DNA from: Sedimentisphaera cyanobacteriorum
GTDB lineage: Bacteria > Planctomycetota > Phycisphaerae > Sedimentisphaerales > Sedimentisphaeraceae
Direction of reading: 5' to 3'
NCBI RefSeq assembly: GCF_001997385.1
Contig: NZ_CP019633.1
Location: 2,130,001 to 2,162,000, forward strand
DNA: 32,000 nt
Part shown: positions 17,088 to 25,574 of the stretch, in pieces
How the letters are laid out: each line of letters opens with the position of its first letter
Position numbering within the stretch: the stretch's first letter is position 1
Notes under the pieces: generated by a model
What the model was told of the DNA's origin: nothing
What the model saw: only the letters and a program-made list of their open reading frames with translations
Databases searched by the model: none
Translations under genes and position numbers: made by a program

Positions 17088-19364
17088 ATGAATAAAAACC
17101 ACGTATCTAAAATCTCTAAACAGCTTAACGTTAGGCAGGAGCAGGTTGAATCAGCTGCCAAACTTTTGGGCGAAGGATGCACCGTACCGTTTATCGCAAG
17201 GTACAGAAAAGAGGCCACAGGCAATCTTGATGAAGTGGCGATTACTTCTGTGCGGGATACGCTCTCTCAGCTTGAGGAGCTGGATTCAAGGCGAGAAACA
17301 ATCCTCAAAACTATAGAAGAGCAGGGCAAGCTTACTGACAAGCTCAAGGCCGAAATAATGGCCGCTGAGACGCTCTCCAAGCTTGAAGATATATACCTTC
17401 CCTACCGCCCCAAGCGAAGGACAAGGGCAGCAATGGCAAAGGAAAAAGGCCTCGAGCCGCTTGCTGAATTTCTGCTTAAACAGTCAGATCAAAGCATCGA
17501 AAAAGAGGCTGAAAAATTCATCGAAGAACAGAAGGAAGTGCCAGATGCCAAGACAGCCCTTGCAGGGGCGAGGGATATTATTGCCGAAAAAATAAACGAG
17601 GATGCAGAGATACGTGAGAAAATCCGTGAGCTGTTCAGCAGTGAAGGCAGATTCGTAACGAAGGTTGTTAAAGGCAAAGAAGAGGAAGCGGAAAAATTCA
17701 AGGACTATTTCGAATGGTCTGAGCCGGTGAAGACAGCCCCTTCTCACAGGGTTTTGGCTATGCGCAGAGGCGCTTCTGAGAAACTGCTCACCCTGCATAT
17801 CGAGGCGCCCTCAGATAAAGCGGCTGAGATAATCGAAGAGAGGTATGTTGCAGCAGAGAATGAAGCGGGAATGCAGGTTAGAGCTGCGGGAGAAGATGCC
17901 TTCAAAAGACTGCTTAGCCTTTCAATGGAAACTGAGATTCGAATGGAAACCAAAAAGCTCGCTGATGAAGAGGCGATTAAGGTGTTCAGCGAGAACCTCC
18001 GCGAGCTCCTGCTCAGCCCTGCTCTCGGGGAGAAAAGCGTTCTCGCCCTAGACCCGGCCTTCCGGACAGGCTGCAAGTTAGTATGCCTTAGCAGGCAGGG
18101 CACACTGCTTTATGATGATGTGGTTTACCCGCATACAGGCGAGGCAAAGCGCAAAGAAGCAGAGGAAAAAATCAAGTCTCTATGCGAGAAATACGAAATT
18201 GAAACAATCGCTTACGGCAACGGAACAGCAAGCCGGGAGACAGGCGAATTTCTCAAGGCTATAGACCACGGCAGGGATATTCCGGTGGTTATGGTGAATG
18301 AATCTGGCGCTTCGGTGTATTCTGCCTCGGAGGCGGCAAGGGATGAATTCCCCGAGAAAGACGTAACTGTGCGCGGGGCGGTATCAATCGGCAGGCGTCT
18401 TATGGACCCGCTTGCAGAGCTGGTGAAGTTAGACCCTAAATCCATAGGTGTGGGGCAGTATCAGCATGATGTAGATCAGAAGAAGCTCAAGGCAGGCCTT
18501 GACGATACAGTAATCAGCTGCGTGAACAGTGTGGGCGTGGATATAAATACAGCCAGCAGGCAGCTATTGACATACGTATCAGGTCTCGGGCCTGCGATTG
18601 CAGGCAGGATAATCGAATACCGCGATACCAACGGGGCTTTCTCAGGCAGAGAAGAGCTTCGTAAGGTTTCGGGAGTGGGGGATAAATGCTTTCAGCAGTC
18701 TGCCGGCTTCCTTCGGATTAGAGGCGGAAGCAACCCGCTCGATGCAAGCGCTGTGCATCCGGAGTCTTACGGGATTGTGGAAAAAATTGCCTCGGATATA
18801 GGCAGCTGCATTAGCGAGATTATTGCAAACAGGCAGCTGGTTTCCAAGATTGAAATCGACAAATACATAACTGATAACATTGGCCGGCCAACATTGCTGG
18901 ATATAAAAGAAGAGCTTCTAAAGCCCGGCAGAGACCCGCGTAAGAAATTCGAGATTTTCAGCTTTGCTGAAGGGCTCAGCGATATAAAAGACTTAAAGCC
19001 CGGGATGAAAATTCCAGGCATCGTTACAAACGTTACCGCTTTCGGGGCTTTTGTGGATGTTGGGGTGCATCAGGACGGGCTCGTGCATATCAGCGAGCTG
19101 GCAGATAAATTCATCAAAGACCCGATGGATGTGGTGAAGGTTCATCAGAAGGTGATGGTTACCGTGGTTGATGCTGACCCTGAAAGGAAACGAATTTCTC
19201 TGAGTATGCGAGCAGCACCGGGGAAACCTGCCAAACCAAAACAATCCTCTCAAGGCAATGAAAACCGCAAACGTAACAGAAAACCGGAAAACAAAAAGCC
19301 AAAACCTGACAAAAAAAACAAAAACCCAAACACATTCGGAGAAGGCCTGAATATTGAGCTTTGA
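17088..19364 (+). CDS. tex: Tex-like transcription accessory protein (YqgF/HhH/S1 domains). ATG at 17088; the ORF track uses TTG at 17076.
   Basis: About 758 aa. N-terminus is ISKQLNVRQEQVESAAKLLGEGCTVPFIARYRKEATGNLDEV. Also contains DPAFRTGCKLV, GVGQYQHDV, and the S1 domain GIVTNVTAFGAFVDVGVHQDGLVHISEL. The C-terminal tail is K/N/P-rich. Confidence 0.92.
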   Translation: MNKNHVSKISKQLNVRQEQVESAAKLLGEGCTVPFIARYRKEATGNLDEVAITSVRDTLSQLEELDSRRETILKTIEEQGKLTDKLKAEIMAAETLSKLEDIYLPYRPKRRTRAAMAKEKGLEPLAEFLLKQSDQSIEKEAEKFIEEQKEVPDAKTALAGARDIIAEKINEDAEIREKIRELFSSEGRFVTKVVKGKEEEAEKFKDYFEWSEPVKTAPSHRVLAMRRGASEKLLTLHIEAPSDKAAEIIEERYVAAENEAGMQVRAAGEDAFKRLLSLSMETEIRMETKKLADEEAIKVFSENLRELLLSPALGEKSVLALDPAFRTGCKLVCLSRQGTLLYDDVVYPHTGEAKRKEAEEKIKSLCEKYEIETIAYGNGTASRETGEFLKAIDHGRDIPVVMVNESGASVYSASEAARDEFPEKDVTVRGAVSIGRRLMDPLAELVKLDPKSIGVGQYQHDVDQKKLKAGLDDTVISCVNSVGVDINTASRQLLTYVSGLGPAIAGRIIEYRDTNGAFSGREELRKVSGVGDKCFQQSAGFLRIRGGSNPLDASAVHPESYGIVEKIASDIGSCISEIIANRQLVSKIEIDKYITDNIGRPTLLDIKEELLKPGRDPRKKFEIFSFAEGLSDIKDLKPGMKIPGIVTNVTAFGAFVDVGVHQDGLVHISELADKFIKDPMDVVKVHQKVMVTVVDADPERKRISLSMRAAPGKPAKPKQSSQGNENRKRNRKPENKKPKPDKKNKNPNTFGEGLNIEL

Positions 19365-19423
19365 CAATAGGTTTAATAAAGGCGATAATTTTATAATACC
19401 GTTTTGATTTTCCTTAAGTAAGC

Positions 19424-20218
19424 GTGAAAGATTGGAATATGAATAGATACCTTGAGCTAAGCATTGAATATGCGAATCAAAGGTCTTACCTTGATGATTT
19501 GTTTTCTGTTTATCCTACTATTCCTGAAGGTATCAGAGATATAGACCAGCAGGCTTGGGGCAAGGTAGAAGCCGCATTCAATGAGGGCAATAATTACGAA
19601 TTGATTAGACGCCTTCTTGAATTTGATTTATTCCCAATAAAGGACAGTTATGTAGCGTACCTGCGGCGAGATAAAAGCGCCTTGGAAAGAAACCCTAAAA
19701 CAACAAACAGATTGGCTGGCCGGCTTTATGAGATGGGGTTGGATTTGATTTATCAGAAATGCAGCGAGGCAAAAGAAACTAACCGCCAGATAGGGCCTAT
19801 GTTTCGAAAATGGGCGGCAAGCAAATCTTTAGGTCTCATGCCCTGTTCTTTGGAGGAATTTGTCTCCAATAATGAAGATGCTGTTCTTAAAGGCAGTGAT
19901 GTACATTTGATGCGATTCGCAAAAGAACATTTAGGATATAATCACAATAAAGGGCTTGACTTAGTTGCAAGATTTAATGGTAAATATGTAATCGGAGAAG
20001 CAAAATTCCTTACAGATTTCGGCGGACACCAAAGTTCACAGTTCAGAGATGCTCTGGCAACGCTGAATGCTGAGGTTGATGCGGTTGCTGTAGCGGTATT
20101 GGATGGCGTATTGTACATCCCGGGAAAAAATAAAATGTACACAGAACTAACTGAAATTTATGCTGAAAAGAATATAATGAGTGCATTGCTGCTTAGAGAA
20201 TTCTTGTACAGCTTATAA
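19424..20218 (+). CDS. Uncharacterised protein, candidate type II restriction endonuclease (PD-(D/E)XK-like) paired with the downstream methyltransferase. Alternative ATG start at 19439.
   Basis: 264 aa with no family I can name from sequence. The segment GLDLVARFNGKYVIGEAKF fits a D...E-x-K nuclease motif. The stop lies 7 nt before the methyltransferase start. The region is AT-rich relative to its flanks. Confidence 0.45.
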   Translation: MKDWNMNRYLELSIEYANQRSYLDDLFSVYPTIPEGIRDIDQQAWGKVEAAFNEGNNYELIRRLLEFDLFPIKDSYVAYLRRDKSALERNPKTTNRLAGRLYEMGLDLIYQKCSEAKETNRQIGPMFRKWAASKSLGLMPCSLEEFVSNNEDAVLKGSDVHLMRFAKEHLGYNHNKGLDLVARFNGKYVIGEAKFLTDFGGHQSSQFRDALATLNAEVDAVAVAVLDGVLYIPGKNKMYTELTEIYAEKNIMSALLLREFLYSL

Positions 20219-20225
20219 GGTTGAA

Positions 20226-21281
20226 ATGAAAAATCTTTTGATAAAAGGCGAAAATCTGGAAGCTTTGGAGCTTCTGATAAAAGAAAGAGGGCTAGAAGGC
20301 AGTATAGACTTAGTTTATATAGACCCTCCCTTTGCAACTGGAACGGATTTTAAGGTTTCTTTGAATCGCAGCTCAACTGTAAGTTCATCCAGAACAGGCA
20401 GTCTTGCATATTCAGACAAAGTGAAGGGAAGCGAGTTTATAGAATTCCTGAGAAAAAGGATGCTCCTTCTAAAAGAGCTGCTATCAGAGAGAGGGTCTAT
20501 ATACCTTCATACTGATTGCAAGATTGGTCATTATGTTAAGATAATGATGGACGAGGTTTTTGGGGTTGAGAATTTCAGAAATGATATAACTCGAATAAAA
20601 TGTAATCCCAAAAATTTCAACCGTACTGGATTCAGTAATATAAAGGATATGATACTTTTTTATTCTAAAGGAAAAAATCCAATCTGGAACGAACCCCGTG
20701 AAGATTATTCTGAGAAAGACAGGGAAAAGTTGTTTCCTAAAAATGATTCGAACGGCAGGCGATATACTACAGTGCCGATCCACGCACCCGGAGAAACGAA
20801 AAACGGCAGGTCTTCGCAGGAATTCAAGGGAATAAAGCCGCCAGCAGGAAGGCATTGGCGGGTGGATGTGGAAACTCTGGAAAGCTGGGATAAACAGGGG
20901 CTGCTGGAATGGTCTTCCAGCGGCAACCCGAGAAAAATAATATATGCAGACGAAAAAGAAGGCAAGAGAGTTCAGGATATATGGGAATTCAAGGACCCCC
21001 AATACCCTACTTATCCAACTGAAAAAAACTCTAAAATGCTGGAGATGATAATTAAAACATCTTCCATAGAAGCGAGCACGGTTTTAGATTGTTTCTGCGG
21101 GTCTGGAAGTACGCTCAGAGCTGCAGAAAGACTCAACAGAAGCTGGATTGGAATAGACAGCTCTGCTCAGGCAATAGAAACATCGCAGAAAAATATTAGT
21201 AAAGACTTTTCTGCAAATGCTCTTTTCGATTCCTGCAGCGGCTATGAAATGTTAGATATTTCAGAACAGACAATGGTTTAA
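20226..21281 (+). CDS. Beta-class N6_N4 DNA methyltransferase, probably N6-adenine. Start moved to MKNLLIKG.
   Basis: Motif IV (SIDLVYIDPPFATG) lies near the N-terminus and motif I (LDCFCGSGSTLRAAERL) near the C-terminus, which is the beta permutation. YPTEKNSKMLEMII is FxTxKP-like. AAGG lies upstream of the ATG at 20226. Confidence 0.85.
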   Translation: MKNLLIKGENLEALELLIKERGLEGSIDLVYIDPPFATGTDFKVSLNRSSTVSSSRTGSLAYSDKVKGSEFIEFLRKRMLLLKELLSERGSIYLHTDCKIGHYVKIMMDEVFGVENFRNDITRIKCNPKNFNRTGFSNIKDMILFYSKGKNPIWNEPREDYSEKDREKLFPKNDSNGRRYTTVPIHAPGETKNGRSSQEFKGIKPPAGRHWRVDVETLESWDKQGLLEWSSSGNPRKIIYADEKEGKRVQDIWEFKDPQYPTYPTEKNSKMLEMIIKTSSIEASTVLDCFCGSGSTLRAAERLNRSWIGIDSSAQAIETSQKNISKDFSANALFDSCSGYEMLDISEQTMV

Positions 21282-21298
21282 TAAAGAATTTAATAATT

Positions 21299-22684
21299 AT
21301 GGCGGATAAACAGAAAAGCTGGCAGCACAGGCTGGAAAATACTCCCGATGAGCTTGCGATGAATTTCGTGGAGTCATTATCGTACGACAGAAGGCTCTAC
21401 AAATACGACATTCAGGGTTCAATCGCCCATTGCGAAATGCTCGAGAAGCAGGGGCTGATGAGCAGATCTGAGCGTGAGGCGGTAGTTAAGGGGCTGCTGG
21501 AAATACAGGCAGAGATTGAAGCGGGCAGCTTCGTGTTTGATGTATCTCAGGAAGATATACATATGGCAGTTGAGGCGGCGCTGATTGAGAAGACAGGGGA
21601 CGCAGGCCGCAAACTGCATACAGGCAGAAGCCGGAACGACCAGATAGCAACGGATATGCGGCTCTGGATGAGAGACCAGATCAGCGCGCTGCTGGATAAG
21701 CTCGCCGGCCTGCAGACGGCATTTGTTGAGCTAGCAGAGAAATACACCGAAGACGTGATGCCATCCTATACCCACCTCCAGCGGGCGCAGCCGATTGTGA
21801 TTGCGGCATACCTTCTCAGCTTCACCGAGCAGTTCGAGCGGGACAAGGGCAGGCTGAAAGACCTTGCTGTGAGGGTGAATATCTCGCCTCTGGGCAGCGG
21901 GGCTGCTGCCGGGTCCACTTTGCCGATAGACCGCGAGATAACAGCAGAAAAGCTCGGCTTTGCCGGAATAACTCAAAACAGCATAGACGCTGTTTCAGAC
22001 CGCGACTTCTGCGCGGAATTCGCTTTTGCCTGCTCGATGATTATGACCCACCTCTCCAAACTTGCAGAGGATTTCATAATCTTCAGCTCAACAGAATTCA
22101 GCTTCGTGAAGATCAGCGATAAATACTGCACTTCATCGAGTATGATGCCGCAGAAACGAAATCCCGATATGCTTGAGCTCATCCGAGGGAAAGCAGGGAA
22201 CGTGTTCGGCTCGCTGAGCTCGCTTATGATGATGCTCAAGGCGCAGCCCAGCACATACAACCGCGACCTGCAGGAGGAGAAGATCCATATCTTCAATGCA
22301 GCGGATTACGCGGAAAACTGCCTTGAAATGGCAGCGGCCATAGTTTCTAATACGCAGTTTCGTACGGATAAAATTGCCTCGGGTATAGACGAGGGCTTCC
22401 TCGATGCCACGAGCCTCGCTGAATATCTCGTGAAAAAGGGCGTACCTTTCCGTCAGGCGCACGGGACAGTGGGAACTGCAGTAGCCCTTTGCGAGAAACG
22501 TGGGCTTAAGCTTGCCGAGCTGGAGCTGGATGAATTCAAGAAGCTCTCTGATGCAGTGGAAGAAGATGTGTACGAAAGCCTCACCGCTGCAAATGTTGCC
22601 AAGGCCTATACAAGCCCTGGAGCAGCGGGGAAGGCGCAGTCTGAGGAGAGGATTCGGTATTGGAAAGAAAAACTGCAAGGGTAA
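21299..22684 (+). CDS. argH: Argininosuccinate lyase
   Basis: 461 aa with the motifs HTGRSRNDQIATD and YTHLQRAQP, and the fumarate-lyase signature SSSMMPQKRNPD. Confidence 0.95.
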   Translation: MADKQKSWQHRLENTPDELAMNFVESLSYDRRLYKYDIQGSIAHCEMLEKQGLMSRSEREAVVKGLLEIQAEIEAGSFVFDVSQEDIHMAVEAALIEKTGDAGRKLHTGRSRNDQIATDMRLWMRDQISALLDKLAGLQTAFVELAEKYTEDVMPSYTHLQRAQPIVIAAYLLSFTEQFERDKGRLKDLAVRVNISPLGSGAAAGSTLPIDREITAEKLGFAGITQNSIDAVSDRDFCAEFAFACSMIMTHLSKLAEDFIIFSSTEFSFVKISDKYCTSSSMMPQKRNPDMLELIRGKAGNVFGSLSSLMMMLKAQPSTYNRDLQEEKIHIFNAADYAENCLEMAAAIVSNTQFRTDKIASGIDEGFLDATSLAEYLVKKGVPFRQAHGTVGTAVALCEKRGLKLAELELDEFKKLSDAVEEDVYESLTAANVAKAYTSPGAAGKAQSEERIRYWKEKLQG

Positions 22685-22687
22685 AAG

Positions 22688-23536
22688 ATGAAAAAACAGA
22701 AGGTTGCAGACTTATACGAAAAGAAAAAAAACAGCGAGCGGTTTTCCCTTATAACCTGCTACGACTACACAATGGCGCGAATCCTCAGCAAAACAGGTGT
22801 TGATATGCTGCTGACAGGCGATTCTGCCTCGCAGATGGTTCTGGGAGAGAACAACACGCTCAATATATCTGTGGATATGCTCATTGCCCTAACTAAAGCA
22901 GTAAGAAGGGGAGCCCCCGATAAGCTCGTTGCGGCGGATATGCCTTTTATGTCTTACCAGCCTTCAATAGAGAGGGCGCTTATAAATGCGGGCAGATTTG
23001 CTGCCGAGGCGGAGGCAGATGCTGTGAAGATTGAATCCGGCTGGCCGCAGGTGGAAACGGTGCGTGCTGCGGCAGAAAGCGGAATCTGCGTTATAGCTCA
23101 TATTGGCCTGAGACCTCAGTCTATTGGGCTCAAGGGCAGGCCAAAGGCAGAAGGCACTTACGCAGAGGATGCCGCAGACCTTATCAGGCTCGCACTCGCC
23201 CTTGAACATGCGGGGGCAGGGTTTATCCTGCTTGAGGCAGCTGCAAGGGAAACAGCGGAGCTAATGCAGCAAAAGCTTTCTATTCCGCTGATCGGCTGCG
23301 GAGCAGGGCCTGCCTGCGACGGGCAGGTGCTTGTGGTTAATGATGTGATGGGGATGTTCGACGGGCCTTCACCTAAATTCGCAAGGAAATACGCCGAAAT
23401 CGGCGCCAGCATATCTGCTGCTGCAAATGCATATCACGAGGATGTTATTTCAGGCGCATACCCGCAGGACAATGAATGCTACCACATCAAACCCCGAGAG
23501 AAACAAAAGCTTGATGAGATGCTGAAAGACCTGTAG
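22688..23536 (+). CDS. panB: 3-methyl-2-oxobutanoate hydroxymethyltransferase
   Basis: 282 aa with the motifs SLITCYDYTMARIL, LLTGDSASQMVLGENNT, ADMPFMSYQ, VKIESG and HIGLRPQS. Confidence 0.92.
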   Translation: MKKQKVADLYEKKKNSERFSLITCYDYTMARILSKTGVDMLLTGDSASQMVLGENNTLNISVDMLIALTKAVRRGAPDKLVAADMPFMSYQPSIERALINAGRFAAEAEADAVKIESGWPQVETVRAAAESGICVIAHIGLRPQSIGLKGRPKAEGTYAEDAADLIRLALALEHAGAGFILLEAAARETAELMQQKLSIPLIGCGAGPACDGQVLVVNDVMGMFDGPSPKFARKYAEIGASISAAANAYHEDVISGAYPQDNECYHIKPREKQKLDEMLKDL

Positions 23537-23906
23537 CCTGTTTACGCTGGACTGCAACCATTAAAAACAGGCTTAGCCTCTAATGGGCTGGCGAACGTTA
23601 CAATTCTCTTGCCGGCCTTGCTAAAAAGACCATCGCCGACGCCTGAGATTCAAGCATATTTGAGCAAAGATAAGGCTTAAGCCTGAATAAAAGCTGAAGA
23701 ACTAAGCATTTCAGCAAGTAATATCCAAACCTGAATTATGCCCTGTATTTATACTGTAAAAAACCATTTAACGTGCATGATATGTGAACAGGATTTGGAA
23801 CAAGCCGTAAAAATACTCAGAGCTTTGCGTTGGTGAATCTACTTATTTCTAAAAACTTATAAGCTCTTTCAAACCAAAGACTTATGCTTTGTTTTTCTGC
23901 AAAAAT

Positions 23907-23934
23907 TTGACTTTTTATTTATATATGGTATGAT
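23907..23934 (+). promoter_or_regulatory. Sigma70-like promoter candidate for folC (TTGACT, 16 nt spacer, TGgTATGAT extended -10). It would give a leaderless or near-leaderless mRNA.
   Basis: TTGACT is at 23907-23912, TG at 23926-23927 and TATGAT at 23929-23934. The folC ATG is at 23944, only 9 nt after the -10 element. Confidence 0.35.
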
Positions 23935-23943
23935 AATAAAATT

Positions 23944-25374
23944 ATGGCACGCACAACAAAAACTAAATCGTGCAGCTCTTCCCGAAAAAAAGACGCCGGC
24001 AAAACCATCAGGGGTTATAAAGAGGCGATGGATTATATCTTTTCTCATACCGACTATGAGAAACAGCGTCTGCTGAGATATAATATTACGACCTTCGATT
24101 TGACCCGTATGTACAGGCTGCTGAAAGAGATGAAAAACCCTGAGAAAGGGCAAAATTTCATCCACATAGCCGGCTCAAAGGGCAAAGGTTCTACATCCAC
24201 CATGCTTGCAAGAATGCTTGAAGCAGGCGGGTACAAGGTGGGGCTGTACACCTCGCCGCACATAACTTCAATGCATGAAAGGATTTCGGTAAACAATAAA
24301 CATATAACAGAACGGCAGATGACTGCCCTAGTTCGTGAGATTAAGCCTGCAGTGGACAAGCTCGCAAAAGAGAATATTCAGCCTACATTTTTCGAGCTGC
24401 TCACGGCGATGGCTTTTGTTCATTTCAAGAACCAGAAAGCAGACTACGTTGTTTTAGAAACAGGCCTCGGCGGAAGGCTCGACAGCACAAACGTGGTTCA
24501 GCCCCTGATTACTGCTATAACGCAAATCAGCATAGACCATCAGCGTCAGCTGGGCTACAAAATCGAACAGATTGCCAAAGAGAAGGCCGGAATAATCAAA
24601 GAAGGCGTTCCAGTGGTAACGATAGATCAGGATGAGAACGCTCTTGAGGTAATCAAGGCTGATTCTGAGGCCAAAAACTCCCCGCTCTGGATTACCGGGG
24701 TGAATGTGGACTTCTCGAGCAGATTCGAATCCAGCAGAGAAGACGGGCCTCATACCAGAATCTGCGTGCAGTCTGAGACGAGCAAATTCGAGCATCTTAA
24801 AGTTCCGCTGCCGGGAGATCATCAGGCTCTCAACTGCGGGCTTGCTCTGACAATCATAGATCAGCTCAAAAATTTGGGCTGCGAAATCGAAAACGAGGAT
24901 ATCGTAAAGGGGCTTGAAAACGTGCATATGCCCGGCCGGATGGAGGTTGTGTTCAACGAACCGACGGTTATAGTTGATGCAGCTCACAACGCTGCCAGCC
25001 TCAGGGCTCTTATAGCCACTATCGGACAGCATATACCATACGATTCGCTTATCTTTATCTTCGGCTGCAATGCCGATAAGGATATACACGGCATGCTAGA
25101 CCAGCTCCAGTACGGGGCGGACAAGGTGATTTTCACGAGAAGCTCCTCGCCCAGGGCAATAAGCCCTGATGAACTTGCAGAGGAATACAACGAGCTTACC
25201 GGCAGGATGTGCCAGACCTCCCTCTCGCTCGGCGATGCTCTCAAAATTGCCGGAAGCGCCGTTACAAGAGGCGATGTAATCTGCATATCAGGCAGCGTTT
25301 ATCTCGTTGGCGATGCAATCAAACGGTTCAACAGAATCAAGGAAGCTGCAAGAGCTAATGCTGCTCAGCAGTAG
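23944..25374 (+). CDS. folC: Bifunctional folylpolyglutamate synthase / dihydrofolate synthase
   Basis: 476 aa. Contains the Mur-ligase P-loop HIAGSKGKGSTS plus YTSPH, LETGLGGRLDSTNV and DAAHNAAS. The N-terminus carries an extra basic segment of about 20 aa. Confidence 0.92.
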   Translation: MARTTKTKSCSSSRKKDAGKTIRGYKEAMDYIFSHTDYEKQRLLRYNITTFDLTRMYRLLKEMKNPEKGQNFIHIAGSKGKGSTSTMLARMLEAGGYKVGLYTSPHITSMHERISVNNKHITERQMTALVREIKPAVDKLAKENIQPTFFELLTAMAFVHFKNQKADYVVLETGLGGRLDSTNVVQPLITAITQISIDHQRQLGYKIEQIAKEKAGIIKEGVPVVTIDQDENALEVIKADSEAKNSPLWITGVNVDFSSRFESSREDGPHTRICVQSETSKFEHLKVPLPGDHQALNCGLALTIIDQLKNLGCEIENEDIVKGLENVHMPGRMEVVFNEPTVIVDAAHNAASLRALIATIGQHIPYDSLIFIFGCNADKDIHGMLDQLQYGADKVIFTRSSSPRAISPDELAEEYNELTGRMCQTSLSLGDALKIAGSAVTRGDVICISGSVYLVGDAIKRFNRIKEAARANAAQQ

Positions 25375-25396
25375 TTTTTGATAACTGAAGCTTAAA

Positions 25397-25431
25397 AGCC
25401 CGAAGAAGGATTAACTTCTCCGGGCTTTTTT
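25397..25431 (+). terminator. Rho-independent terminator of folC
   Basis: Stem AGCCCGAAGAAG (25397-25408) pairs with CTTCTCCGGGCT (25415-25426) with one mismatch, around the 6-nt loop GATTAA. A T-run follows to 25431. Confidence 0.7.
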
Positions 25432-25492
25432 AGTCGCCCCTGAAAAAGTTTAAAATTTTCCTTAAATTCTTTCCTGATAATGGTTTATATGA

Positions 25493-25520
25493 TTGAAAAG
25501 CTTTCGAGATATGGTATAAT
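25493..25520 (+). promoter_or_regulatory. Strong sigma70-like promoter inside the IS left end (TTGAAA, 16 nt spacer, TGgTATAAT)
   Basis: TTGAAA is at 25493-25498. A consensus TATAAT at 25515-25520 is preceded by TGG. It lies 54 nt upstream of the transposase ATG at 25575. Confidence 0.5.
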
Positions 25521-25574
25521 ATTGCAAGTGTTTATCTTACATCTATCAAAACATTGCAATATTGGGACAAAATA

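Noticed and set aside
23738-23836. 32-aa Cys-containing small ORF (MPCIYTVKNHLTCMICEQDLEQAVKILRALRW) in the panB-folC spacer
   Set aside because: It has no Shine-Dalgarno and no recognisable motif beyond three cysteines. At this length it is expected by chance in 400 nt of AT-rich DNA.
23537-23943. THF or another riboswitch upstream of folC
   Set aside because: I could not recognise any conserved riboswitch core sequences or a multi-stem architecture by eye. Only a simple hairpin and a short palindrome are present.
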